Source: Octopus vulgaris
Lineage: Eukaryota
Length of the DNA: 64,000 nucleotides
Direction of reading: 5' to 3'
Assembly (NCBI GenBank): GCA_951406725.2
Contig: OX597833.1
Span: forward strand, 2,604,001-2,668,000
Below the pieces are notes generated by a model. That model was not told where the DNA came from. It saw only the letters and a list, made by a program, of their open reading frames with translations, and searched no databases. Position numbers and translations under genes: made by a program. Positions 32,019 to 45,066 of this stretch are shown in pieces; position 1 is the stretch's first letter, and each line of letters starts with the position of its first letter.

Positions 32019-32303
32019 CCTAATGTCTTGTGTTAAATCATAGGAATCGGCAAAAAAATAGGAAAAAATCAGTGAGTGGGGTTATTTATAGCCTGTCGCC
32101 TAGAACATGCTATAAATAACAGATAAAGGACAGGTTTTTCGGGACAACTTCCTTATAAATTTATATCGACGATCGAGTTTTTTTATACACTCATCACAAA
32201 CATGAATTGCAGAATAGAAAAAAGTAATTTTAATTGGATTTGAACTGTAATTTTGCGCGTGCACATAGCAAGAAATAGTATAATTTATACAGAAGTCTTA
32301 CCT

Positions 32304-32394
<91 letters not shown>

Positions 32395-32644
32395 GCTTCT
32401 GTGAGAGAGAGGGAAAGAGAAGGAGAGAAAGAGAGTGAGTTAGCGAAGGTGTGTGTTGTCGTGTGTATTTTTTTTTTGCATGTATGTGTAAATGGCATTC
32501 ACTGACTTTCTCTCACACACACACTCACACGTTATCTTTCATATACACGTATATAAATACATACGCATACATCTTTTTTGTATATATATATATATGTGTG
32601 TGCGTGTGCATGTGAGAGAGAAAGTGAGTGACTGCATTTTCTCA

Positions 32645-33030
32645 TCTCTCTCTATATAAACGGCAGTTTGTCTGTGCGTGTTTCTGTGTGTCTGTTTGCT
32701 TGTACCCTCACCCTGACCATGGCTTTCAACCGATTCTGATGAAACTTGACACACACATAGCCCAATGTCATAATTCAAAACTAACGCAGAGAAAATTTTG
32801 AAAAGTTCCCCCAGTTCTGAAAAAAATCGATAAATTCGACATGGGGTCGAGAATCAGAAACATGAACCACAAACTGTCTAGGGGATGCAACTCCACCATT
32901 TTTAAATCTCAAAAAAAAATTTACCATCATTTTTTTCCATTTTTTTTGCTATTTTTTGGCTATAACTCTCTGAAAATGCTTTATAGTTATTTCCCTTACA
33001 AACCTGAGCAACGCCGGGCGATACTGCTAG
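32645..33030 (+). mobile_element. Non-autonomous Helitron
   Basis: A|TC start, 3' hairpin cctgagcaacgccgggc then CTAG|T; shares its 3' ~120 bp with 36214-36513. Confidence 0.8.
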
Positions 33031-34071
33031 TACCATATAAAGAAATGGATGTCTTTTAAGGTACACACTCATATGCAAAATGTGACATCGCCGTCGTCGT
33101 TGTATAAAATGTCGTTCAGGCTAGTTGAATTATAGAAAGGTTATAATGCTAAATATTTGTAATGTACATATGCAAATGAAAATAAAGTTTACTTGTGAGA
33201 CGAAAGATTACTGAATCTTTTGATAATCCATACGTCAAAATGGACAACTCACTTTTCGAATATATTCGTTAATTTCCGTAAATTTTTTTTATTTCTTTAT
33301 GGTTTGATGAGAGCAGAAATTGAATGAGAAGAGAAAGTGAAACGGTGACATTTGCTTTGAAGTGAGAGCAGAAAGCAAAAGAGAGGAGAAAGTAAAAGAT
33401 GTATGTTTGTGTATATGAAATGGACGTAGGTGTGTGTGCGTGTGTGTGTATGTGCGTGAGAGAGAATGAATGAGTGAAGGTGTGTGCTGTCATGTATATA
33501 TATTTTTTGCATGTATGTGTAAGTGGCACTCACTCGGTCTCTCTCTGTTTCACACACACATATATTTCATATAAACGTACATAAATACATATGCATACAT
33601 TTTTTGTATATATGTGTGCGTGTGCATGTGAGAGAGAGTGAGTAACGGTATTTCGTCATAGAGGAATTGATGTGAGTTTTTATGTATATGTATGTGAGCA
33701 TGCGTGTGTGTATTCACACATTCATATATACATATATGCATATATATTCACATATACGTAACATGTTAACATACATATGCATGTATGTATGTATGTATGT
33801 ATGTATGTATGTATGCATGTATGTATGTATGTATGTATGTATGTATGTATGTATGTATGTATGTATATATATATAATTTGAGGGAATATTATTCCTAACT
33901 TACAGGGAAAAATTCAATTTAGAAATACTAAATCAAATTTCATAAAATATAATTTACGTATATGAAAATTAGAAAAAAACCCACCTTTTATCCATTCAAA
34001 ATGAACAATTAAATTACACCATCTAGAAAATTACATATAATAGAAATATTAAAGATATATATATATATATA

Positions 34072-34408
34072 TGAGATCCCCTTCGGTCAAGACACAGACC
34101 ATGGGATTGCACCTAGAAAGTTACCCTCCCCGGCACAAGTCCGGCCGAGGTTGTTTATGGAAGGCCAGCAGTCGCCCATGCATACCAGCCTCCCCTCTCC
34201 ACGCCACCAGTGTTATCCAAGGGAAAGGCAAAGGGGCCGATACAGCTTGGCACCAGTGACATCGCAGCTCACTTCTACAGCTGAGTGAACTGGAGCAACG
34301 CGAAATAAAGTGTCTTGCTCAAGAACACAACACGCAGCCCGGTCCGGGATTCGAGCTCACAACCTCACGATCGTAAGCTCGATGCTCTAAACATTGAACC
34401 ATGCGCCA
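34072..34408 (-). mobile_element. SINE family D
   Basis: Colinear with 29024-29366. Confidence 0.88.
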
Positions 34409-34537
34409 TATACATATATATATATTGATAATAATAATATGACAACAAAAGAATGAATGAGCCCTCGATATTATGCAGAGGAATTTATCTATAAATATAA
34501 TATGTGACAACAAATTAATTGTCACATATATATATAT

Positions 34538-34914
34538 GGAAGCACTCCGTCGGTTACGACGATGAGGGTTCCGGTTGATCCGAATCAACGGAACAGCCTG
34601 TTCGTGGAATTAACGTGTAAGTGGCTGACCACTCCACAGACACGTGTACCCTTAACGTAGTTCTCGGGGATATTCAGCGTGACACAGAGAGTGACAAGGC
34701 CGGCCCTTTGAAATACAGGTACAACAGAAACAGGAAGTAAGAGTGAAAGTTGTGGTGAAAGAGTACAGCAGGGATCACCACCATCCCCTGCCGGAGCCTC
34801 GTGGAGCTTTAGGTGTTTTCGCTCAATAAACACTCAAAACTCCCGGTCTGGGAATCGAAACCGCGATCCTATGACCGCTTGTCCGCTGCCCTAACCACTG
34901 GGCCATTGCGCCTC

Positions 34915-34915
<1 letters not shown>
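34538..34915 (-). mobile_element. SINE family B
   Basis: Colinear with the other B copies. Confidence 0.92.
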
Positions 34916-34979
<64 letters not shown>

Positions 34980-35550
34980 CACACACATACAAACATACAC
35001 ATAAATTTATGACTGAGTGTGTGTGTGTGTGTGACTGCGTGTATGTTTGTGTGCGTGTCACTTTACGCACGAGAGTCGTGTAATTTCAGCTGGTTGTGTA
35101 GAGAAAATTATAAATGTGAAGTGACAAAAAAAAACAAAGAAGTATTTAAGTAAAAATCCAATATGCTTTAATAAGAGAACTAACAGAACCGACAAGAGGT
35201 CGCTATGAATTAATGGAGTGTCGTTGTTCCATTAAAGTTACCTAGAAGGGATTGTTGAGATGTCCAGACAAGTTTATAAAAAATATAGACATTTCGACAA
35301 ATACCTTCTGGCCAATTTAAATTGAAGGATAGCGCTTTATTAATATATACTGCTGTGTAGCTGGTTTAGTCTCTAGTCTCACAACAAAGAAGGTTATTTT
35401 TGTTTCTAATTAATATATTAAATTCTATACTTTTCCGATCAACCTGAAAATAATGGCCTAGTAGTTAGGGTGTTGCGCTCAGAATCGCGACATCGTGGTA
35501 TCAAATCCTAGACTCTCTGCTAGTTATGCATTGATTATAAAACTAAGAGT

Positions 35551-35868
35551 GAGGGCGCGTGGCTTAGTGGTTAGGGCATTCGGCTCATGATCGTAAGGTT
35601 GTGAGTTCGATTCCCGGCGACGCGTTGTGTCCTTGAGCAAGACACTTTATTTCACGTTGCTCCAACCACTCAGCTGGCAAAAATGAGTTGTACTTGTATT
35701 TCAAAGGGTCAGCCTTGTCACTCTCTGTGTCACACTGATTATCCCCGAGAACTACGTTAAGGGTACACGTGTCTGTGGAATGCTCAGCCATTTGCACGTT
35801 AATTTCACGAGCAAGCTGTTCCGTTGATCGTATCAGCTGGGACCCTCGTCGTCGTAACCGGCGGAGTC
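35551..35868 (+). mobile_element. Chimeric SINE: family-D-type head and CORE joined to a family-B tail
   Basis: ccttgagcaagacactttatttcacgttgctcca (D) followed by tgtatttcaaaggg.cagccttgtcactctctgtgtcac...gtaaccg.cggagt (B). Confidence 0.8.
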
Positions 35869-36213
35869 TTTAATAAAACTAAGAGGTGTATTATAAGATT
35901 TAAAAACTCGAGATCAATAAAATGTTACTTTCTAAAACATTTGAAGGTACGGGTAGTTCTATGTACACATGATACCCTAAGGTCTAATCGATTTACACTT
36001 TTACACTTTTACTTGTTTCAGTCATTTGACTGCAGCCCTGCTGGAGCACCACCTTTAGTCGAGCAAATCGACCCCGGGACTTATTCTTTGTAAGCCTAGT
36101 ACTTATTCTATCGGTCTCTTTTACCGAACCGCTAAGTGATTATTTATCAGGTTTACATTATGTTTAAAAGTTTCATAAATTTTAATGGAAAGATATATAT
36201 ATATATATATATA

Positions 36214-36512
36214 TCTTTATATATAAAAGTGAAGATGTGTGTCTGTCTCCTACGATTTAGATTCCTAACTACTCCCACATTTTGCGGTGCAGTTTAACCA
36301 AAACCGGGTATCTTATAGTCGTGATTCATATCGAGCCCTTCTGGGTATTAGCGCGCGTCTACGATGAGTCTACGATTTAAAAAAAAATTTACCATAATTT
36401 TTTTCCATTTTTAATGCATTTTTTTTGCTATTACATAAGGGAAGTAACTCTCTAAAAATGCTTATATAGTTATTTTCCTTACAAACCCGAGCAACACCGG
36501 GCGATACTGCTA

Positions 36513-36513
<1 letters not shown>
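36214..36513 (+). mobile_element. Non-autonomous Helitron inserted in (TA)n
   Basis: A|TCTTTATATATAAAAG start; cccgagcaacaccggg hairpin, then CTAG|T at 36510-36514. Confidence 0.82.
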
Positions 36514-36567
<54 letters not shown>

Positions 36568-36912
36568 TCTTCTTTCAGTTTCTGCCTGCCAAATCCACTC
36601 ACAATAAATTTGGAAGGTCGAGCATATTGTAGAAGACACTTGCCCAGGATGCCAAGTAGTAAGATTGAACCCGGAACCACATGGTTCGGGAACAAGCTTC
36701 TTATCACACAGCCATACTTGCACCTATATCTTAAATTGTTTTGTTTTGGGTTGGTTTTTGTTTTTTTTTTCGTTTTAGAAAATTTCTCATCCACGGTTTT
36801 GCCAAATAAAAATGGCCCTTTCAACTACTTTGGTGGTTTCAAACACAATACCAAGTCTTAAAGAATATCTTTTGCTCATCGACCCCCCCCTTCCTACTAC
36901 TTGATATCGTGT

Positions 36913-37294
36913 GGAGGCGCAATGGCCCAGTGGTTAGGGCAGCGGACTCGCAGTCATAGGATCGCGGTTTCGATTCCCAGACCGGGCGTTGTGAGTGTTT
37001 ATTGAGCGAAAACACCTAAAGCTCCACGAGGCTCCGGCAGGGGATGGTGGTGATCCCTGCTGTACTCTTTCACCACAACTTTCTCTCGCTCTTACTTCCT
37101 GTTTCTGTTGTACCTGTATTTCAAGGGGCCGGCCTTGTCACTCTCTGTGTCACACTGAATATCCCCGAGAACTACGTTAAGGGTACACGTGTCTGTGGAG
37201 TACTCAGCCACTTACACGTTAATTTCACGAGCAGACTGTTCCGTTGATTCGGATCAACCGGAACCCTCGTCGTCGTAACCGACCGAGTGCTTCC
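36913..37294 (+). mobile_element. SINE family B, full length
   Basis: tRNA-like A and B boxes (tggcccagtgg; ggtttcgattcc). Confidence 0.92.
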
Positions 37295-37640
37295 TTAACT
37301 ACTTGATAACTGATTTCTTTCAACGACAAAAGCAAGATAAAAAGCAAAGTCGACTTCAATGGAATTTGAACTCAGAACGTCAGGTATCGGAAAAAAACGT
37401 TTGCAAGTTATTTCATCTGATACTTTAAAGATTCTCACCAAGCTACAGCTTTCTGCTGCTTCCCGGAAATAATGAAAATGTGTATATGTGTACGCGCATA
37501 GACCGGCATACGCACACACAATTATTACATAAATACATACACATGTACATATAAAAATGTGTGTGCATACATGTATGTATGTATGTATATATGTATGTAT
37601 GCTAGCATGTAGGTATGTATGTATATATATGTATGTGCAT

Positions 37641-37740
<100 letters not shown>

Positions 37741-38067
37741 CATATAAACACATATACAAGCATATATATGTACATGCGTTTGTATCCATTGATCTATTTA
37801 TATCTACACACATAAACATGTGCATATACATATACATGTTCATATGTACATGTATTTATAAATACATACATACATGCATATATGTGTATACACATTTATA
37901 TACATAGATATATATATACATATAGTTACGTACACGCATATACATATATATGTATGTATGTATATATATATATATGCATATGCATATATATGTATATATG
38001 TATACATCGGTACATTTATACGTGTGTGTATATGTGTATGTGTTTGGGTATGAATGTATGTATATAT

Positions 38068-38098
<31 letters not shown>

Positions 38099-38855
38099 CC
38101 TACACATACTTATCTGCATATAAGTGTCTGTGTATCTGGATAAATGGATATATGCTAGCATGTGTGTGCACAGAAAACATATTGATATGCACTGATACGC
38201 ATATTTTTCATACTGACATAAATGCGCCTGTACGCATGCGCATTACTCTATGATCATCAAGCTGAGGTCCTCTCCTCTGACAAAATGACAAATATTGCGA
38301 TGTTTTAATTTCCTGTGTTTGCGAAGAAGATCTCGCAAAGAGAGGAGAGGTCCCGTGGCGAGGTTTGTCAAGAGATGGCGTGTATCGTACTATGGTGTGG
38401 AATGCTGCAATGTGCTATGGTATGCCGTGTTGTTGAATGATGTTTGGATTCGGTTTCGTGTGGATTGGAGTGGTGTAGTGTCATATGTCATTATGTGATG
38501 TGTACAATACTTAGTTACTTGTAATTTATCTCTACCGATTTTCTATAGAATTTGCAGCCAGCACAGAAAGTCACGATGTTTCGTATACGAATGCGTCTAT
38601 GCAAACAATGCCATCGAAGATATGAAAATAGGTGAGGGGTGTATATGCATATTTCAGGACTTATTGCTGTTTTTTCAGTACCACACCTAACACCCATTAA
38701 CTATCCATAAATACATTGCTTAGATTGTCACTAAGGTTAGCGGTGTAACACTATTGGGTAGACCAATTTTACGTAATAAATACATTCCTGGCAAATGGTG
38801 CGTAGATATTAAGTGTTGGCAGGGTTCAAATACGAATACGTGCTATGGTGTGGAT

Positions 38856-39237
38856 GGAAGCACTCCGTCGGTTACGACGACGAGGGTTCCGGTTGATCCG
38901 AATCAACAGAACAGCCTGCTCGTGAAATTAACGTGTAAGTGGCTGAGCACTCCACAGACACGTATACCCTTAACGTAGTTCTCGGGGATATTCAGCGTGA
39001 CACAGAGAGTGACAAGGCCGGCCCTTTGAAATACAGGTACAACAGAAACAGGAAGTAAGAGTGAGAGAAAGTTGTGGTGAAAGAGTACAGCAGGGATCAC
39101 CACCATCCCCTGCCGGAGCCTCGTGGAGCTTTAGGTGTTTTCGCTCAATAAACACTCACAACGCCCGGTCTGGGAATCGAAACCGCGATCCTACGACCGC
39201 GAGTCCGCTGCCCTAACCACTGGGCCATTGCGCCTCC
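38856..39237 (-). mobile_element. SINE family B with 15-bp TSD
   Basis: tacgtgctatggtgt at 38837-38851 and 39238-39252. Confidence 0.92.
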
Positions 39238-39457
39238 TACGTGCTATGGTGTACCGTGTTGTTGAATGGTCTGTGCATCCGGTTTTGTGTGGATTGGAGT
39301 GGCGCAGTTTTATGCGTCGTTGTGTGATTTGTACAATAGTTTGTTGTGATCAAAGACAGAATATTAGGTAATTGGTGTATATACGTATTTCAAGTGTTAT
39401 TGTTGTTTCTTCAACACCATATCCAACCCGGTAACCATCAAATAACACATTGCTTAA

Positions 39458-40074
39458 CACTTCGTGGGCTGGCGTGGTTGGAATTACATAAAAGGCGATT
39501 GGGGACCTAAGGGACCTCCGTTTTTGCTCATTTCCGCAAAATCCATAAAGTAATATTTGTTTAATCTTCTATATATGTGGGAATGCACGATACAGAACAA
39601 GAATTTTAGCATTTTAAAGGTATATATTTGTGATTATTAGCGTTTAATGGAGGGGAATCAAAATATAATTTATTGACTGAAGAAAACCTTTATTGAAAGA
39701 AATCAACATTTTTATAGTTTTAATAACTATACATATAGCACTAAATATAAAATAAAACAAAGTTATTTAGTATATCGATTCATTCCAGAACAAAAACGTA
39801 GAAAATTGACTTATAGTTCATCAGAATATCTGAAAAAAGAACAGAAGAAAATAGTAAACAGAAGGCCGGATGTGGTCCAGTTGGACCCTAAGGGCCTTAT
39901 TTTATGCTATAACTTCCATATGACAGGAAATTTTAAACTCAAAATTTGTGTGCTTACATAAACAATTGACAATAAAAGTCATAAGATATAAAATCATTTA
40001 AATAAAAAATGTAAAAGTTGCATAACTTTCAAAATTTGCTGGAGCCCCAGGTGACCCCAGCGGTCCACGAAGGA
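39458..40074. mobile_element. Non-autonomous piggyBac-like DNA transposon
   Basis: TTAA at 39454-39457 and 40075-40078; terminal inverted repeat cacttcgtgggc / gtccacgaagga; empty site present in the paralogous sequence at ~38713-38738. Confidence 0.8.
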
Positions 40075-40400
40075 TTAAATAGTCACTAAGCTAAGCAGTG
40101 TAAGACTATTAGATAGACCAAGTTTACATAATAAACACTTTCCTGGCAACTAGTACGTAAATGTTAATCATTAGTAAAGACACAATATTTCGTTTTGTAG
40201 ATGTTTATAAGTCAATACTGTGTCCTACCTTTTGTGTTAGCAGTGCGTTATTTTTATTTTTAAGTTTATTTCTTTAGATTTTCTATCGAATTTAAGAGCC
40301 AGTGCTGTAATTTACGTTGTTTCGTATACGAATACATATATGTAAACAATGCGATCGAAGTTAGAAAAATACGTAATGAGTATATATTTTCTCCTCTCAC

Positions 40401-40479
40401 CATTCCTTGTCTTAATACTACCCCAACGCAGTCGAATTTTCTGTTTGGTATTCGTAGATAATTCCTCGTCAGTCAGCAT
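40401..40479 (-). other. Candidate first exon of an unidentified minus-strand transcript
   Basis: ATG-initiated MLTDEELSTNTKQKIRLRWGSIKTRN ending at donor G|gtgaga, downstream of a locally CpG-rich non-repeat patch (40500-40700); no recognisable homology. Confidence 0.3.
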
Positions 40480-42046
40480 TCAAACGATCCTTGCAATTTC
40501 GCGCCTTTAATGTTGATATTGTTCACTTTTGGCGGCGCCGGTGTTAGGGAAAAGCCACTGGGAACAGCTAACGAACGTACAGGACAATGATAAAAATAAA
40601 CACGACAAAATAAAATATGCATATACACAAAAAGAGCCTTGCAGCCGCGAGACTCGGTTGTGGTGACGCAAAGGAAGATGAAAATGACCTGTTGGACCGG
40701 AGACTAGAGAAGGACAGATAGAAAGTCAGAACGAAGGAAAAAGTAAAGAATTAGGGGGAAAAGAGAGAGAAAGAAAGGGGGAAGAAGGCAAAAGATATTT
40801 TTGGATTTATTGCTCGCATGCGAAGCGTCGTAACTTTCAGTATTGACTATAAATTCTTTAGAAAATCTTTTGCGATAACTTAAAATTGATTGAATCGCAC
40901 TGCTAACACAAAAAGGACGACACGGTATTGATTCGTGAAGCTTTGATATACTTGGCAATATATTATGGTTGCAAAACGAAACTTGGTGTCCCTACGTTAG
41001 TTGTGGTGTGTATACACCTCGCCACTGGTCCTCTTCTCTCTCGGCGAAATCTTCTTCGCAAACACAGGAAATATTTATCTGTATGTCAGAGGAGAGGACC
41101 ACAGCTTGATGATTATAGAGCAATGTGCATACGTACGAGTGTGTTTAAATCAATATGAGAAATATGCATAACAGAGCATACTACCACGTTTTATATACAC
41201 AGTTTCTATTGCCGAAGAGTTTCATTTAAACTCTTATTGCGTACAGTGTCTGATGTGGATTTGATCTTAACACATTTCAAAAGGGTGAATTTAACCACTA
41301 TGGTGTAAAGTAATCAGGAACGAAAGCCAACAAAAGTATTATCATGTAAAAAATTAATGCTTATGTTACCGTGAGTATTGAAACGTACCTTCGAAGTGAT
41401 CACGACAAATATGCGACGGAATATATTTCTTTGCAGCCTGATACATAACACCTAAACTAATTTACTATTCTCTGATAATTCATCTTGAATTTTATCCCCC
41501 GAAGATTACATTAATATCCATCTTACATCATCCGACATGATACATCTAAATAATACATTAGATAACCAACACAGTGTTATATTATATTATGAAAGAATAA
41601 GCAAACGTGAGTTATCCGTTCCTCTGTGTATCTCTTGTTTAATGTTAACCACAAAACACCGATCAACAAAAAGAAAATATAGAATCTATTAGCAATTGTA
41701 TTAACAACCAGCTCGGATATATTAGATATTGATAAAAATACAGATTATTTTGATAATTACAATTCTAGTCTCCTTCGCTTTTATGCATTATAATTCATTT
41801 CCCACAACAATTATCTCTTTATGAAATAAAACATGGCGCATATCATAACAATGTATTTGTATTTAAAGACCAAAAAAATTCATTGAAATAAATTTCCATT
41901 CTATAACAGGTTCATCGTCTTAGTAAATCTCTTTTCTATTGATTATTGTTGTTGATGTCGTTGTCGTCGTCATCATCATCATCTTCTATTGAACGTTTGT
42001 AATATATACACACTATTCTGTTCCATCATTTCGCTGAAAATTATAT

Positions 42047-42441
42047 GCTCTTTTACTTGTTTCAGTCATTTGGCTGTGGCCATGCTGGAGCACCGCCTTT
42101 AGTCGCGCAAATCGACCCGAGGACTTTTTCTTTGTAAGCCTAATGCTTATTCTATAGGTCGCTTTTGCCGAACCGCTAAGTTACGGGGGCGTAAATACAC
42201 CAGCATCGGTTGTCAAGCAATGTTGGGGGGACAAACACAGACACACAAACATATACACACATATATATATATATATATATATGCACATATATATGGGCTT
42301 CTTTCAGTTTCCGTCTGCCAAATCCACTCAAGGCTTTAGTCGGCCCGAGGTTATAGTAGAAGACACTTGCCCAAGGTGCCACGCAGTGGAACTGAACCCG
42401 GAACCATGTGGTTGGTAAGCAAACTACAGCCACTCCTGCGC
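42047..42441 (-). mobile_element. SINE family A
   Basis: Reverse complement of 12185-12598. Confidence 0.9.
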
Positions 42442-42514
<73 letters not shown>

Positions 42515-42714
42515 AGCATAGAAGTGAAGTAAGGAAATTTGCGTCACAACCGAGTGGTTTTAAGTTCGATCCAACTCTGCGACAACATTGGCGGATGTCC
42601 ACTGTTACCGCGGGCCGACAAATGTCTTGTCAGTGAATTTGATCTGTGGAAACCTGTCGGGAGACTCAGCAAACGAGTTTTTTGGGGGGTTTTTTTTTCA
42701 GAATAAGAACCTCA

Positions 42715-43145
42715 GAGCAAGTGTTAAGGCCTGCATCCTTCATCTTCTCTGGGTTGGCCATGTGAATTGGATACCGGGTAACCGGCTCGCAAACGTCGTC
42801 CTCTGCAGAGTGATCGATCCTGAGGGTTGGCCTCATGGACGTCCAAAATTTCGTTTTTCATGTCCTTCTCATTTTATGCTGTGTCTTCCCAATCAGTTAG
42901 AGACACTGGATGTCAATCAGAAGGCATGGAAGTTCGTATGTTACGTTGAAGTAAAGCGCTTTGGAACCGAACGCAGGAGACTGCATTCATCAATCCCTAC
43001 GGTTGTTGTTCGGGGTACCTTTCAGTGCTCCCCAGCATCTTCCCATTTCGTACTGGTCTTGTCAACTACAACCCATCCCACGAGAAACAACGTGCTGGAG
43101 GCGGAAGAGGATGGATGTTTGGATCGATGCTACCATCATTGATGG
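42715..43145 (+). pseudogene. Decayed RTE-clade LINE 3' fragment
   Basis: LLWVGHVNWIPGNRLANVVL...HGRPKFRF...ETLDVNQKAWK, a degenerate RW.GHV.RM...RLP...GRPKLR. Confidence 0.6.
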
Positions 43146-43172
43146 GCTGCCACAAGTAAGCAGTTAGCACAC

Positions 43173-43222
<50 letters not shown>

Positions 43223-43223
<1 letters not shown>

Positions 43224-43598
43224 TCTTTTATTCTTTTACTCTTTTACTTGTTTCAGTCATTTGACTGCGGCCATGCTGGAGCACCGCCTTTAATCGAGCC
43301 ACTCGACCCCGGGACTTATTCTTTTGTAAGAATATCGGTCTCTTTTGCCGAACCGCTAAGTAACGGGGACATAAACACACCAGCACCGGATAAACACAGA
43401 CACACAAACACACATATGCATATATATATATATACATATATACGACGGGCTTCTTTTCAGTTTCCGTCTACAAAATCCACTCACAAGGCTTTAGTCGGCC
43501 CGAGGCTATAGTAGAAGACACTTGCCCAAGGTACCACGCAGTGGGACTGAACCCAGAACCATGTGGTTGGTAAACAAGCTACTTACCACACAGCCACT

Positions 43599-43600
<2 letters not shown>
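43223..43600 (-). mobile_element. SINE family A, internally deleted
   Basis: Head and tail match family A. Confidence 0.88.
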
Positions 43601-43662
<62 letters not shown>

Positions 43663-43666
<4 letters not shown>

Positions 43667-43851
43667 GAGTAAATACATAAATGTGAAAGAAGGTGGAAAA
43701 AAGAGTACTCAAATACCATTGGTAGAGTAATATGCTTTATTTAAAGCAGCAGAAAATTCAACAAAACCTGTTTTTGCTAAACTGTCCGACGAACGGCAAC
43801 GTGAAACTCAGAGTAACAGGTTTTGTTGAATTTTCTGCTGCTTTAAATAAA

Positions 43852-43852
<1 letters not shown>
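43663..43852 (+). mobile_element. Short hairpin element in (TA)n carrying a hammerhead motif (43781-43820)
   Basis: aaagcagcagaaaattcaacaaaac...gttttgttgaattttctgctgcttt inverted arms around acugu-CCGACGA-acg-gcaa-cgu-GAAA-cuc-a-gag-UA-acagg. Confidence 0.75.
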
Positions 43853-43908
<56 letters not shown>

Positions 43909-44232
43909 ACGTATATGTGTTTGGGTGCGCGTGTGTGTATAAACGTACATAAATGAATATGTACGTACGTACGTATGTACACATAAATATACGTATATAC
44001 ATTTCAGAAAAGGCAGCAATGCACGTCAGCATCAATTCATCCTGAAGATGTGACTACGAAGACCGAGAAACTTTTTTTTTTGGTAGAGCTAGCACTTTTC
44101 TTCAGTTCTAAACAACCAGCGTAGGACACCATACGAAAATAATGAATGAATGAAATGATAAGAGGAAGATAAAACGACTTGTTTACAATACAACGTCCAA
44201 AAGGAAAACTGTTCATAATACAAATTTATATA

Positions 44233-44319
<87 letters not shown>

Positions 44320-44795
44320 GCATATATTTAGATATACATATATATATATGCATATAGATATAGATGTGTATATATATATACACATATGTACACATATATA
44401 GATATGGGTGTATATATATATATATGTTCATACATACATATACATACATACACACACATATATATATATATATGTACATACGTATATAGATTCATATATA
44501 TATATATTATATACATGTTCATATACATACATATACGTACACATATATACATATATATATAAATACATGTATATATTTGTATGTATATATATATACACAC
44601 ACACATATATATATGCATATATAAATGTATTTTCACATATACCTGTATATGTGTGTGTGTGTGATTATATGTATCTATATATATATAGAATATATATATA
44701 TATATACATATATATGTACACACGTTGACATATGTACACTGTTTCTCTTTCTCTCTTCCTTCTTTCTCCTCTATATCTATCTATCCATCTCTCTC

Positions 44796-44826
<31 letters not shown>

Positions 44827-45066
44827 TCTTCTTCTTCTTCTTCTTCTTTATCTTTCCTGTTTACATTCTGTTCTCTGCTATATTTAGATGTAATCAACAA
44901 TTGCTTGATTAAAAAAAGACCTAATATGAAACGGCGAAAGCATGAAAGCCTAATTAAAAATGATAATATTTCCTAACGAAATCTTTACTGGCGACATTTT
45001 CGAGTGGGAAGACAATGGCTGAGTATCTCGACCTTTCGACTGTCACACGTACCTCAACGACGGATC

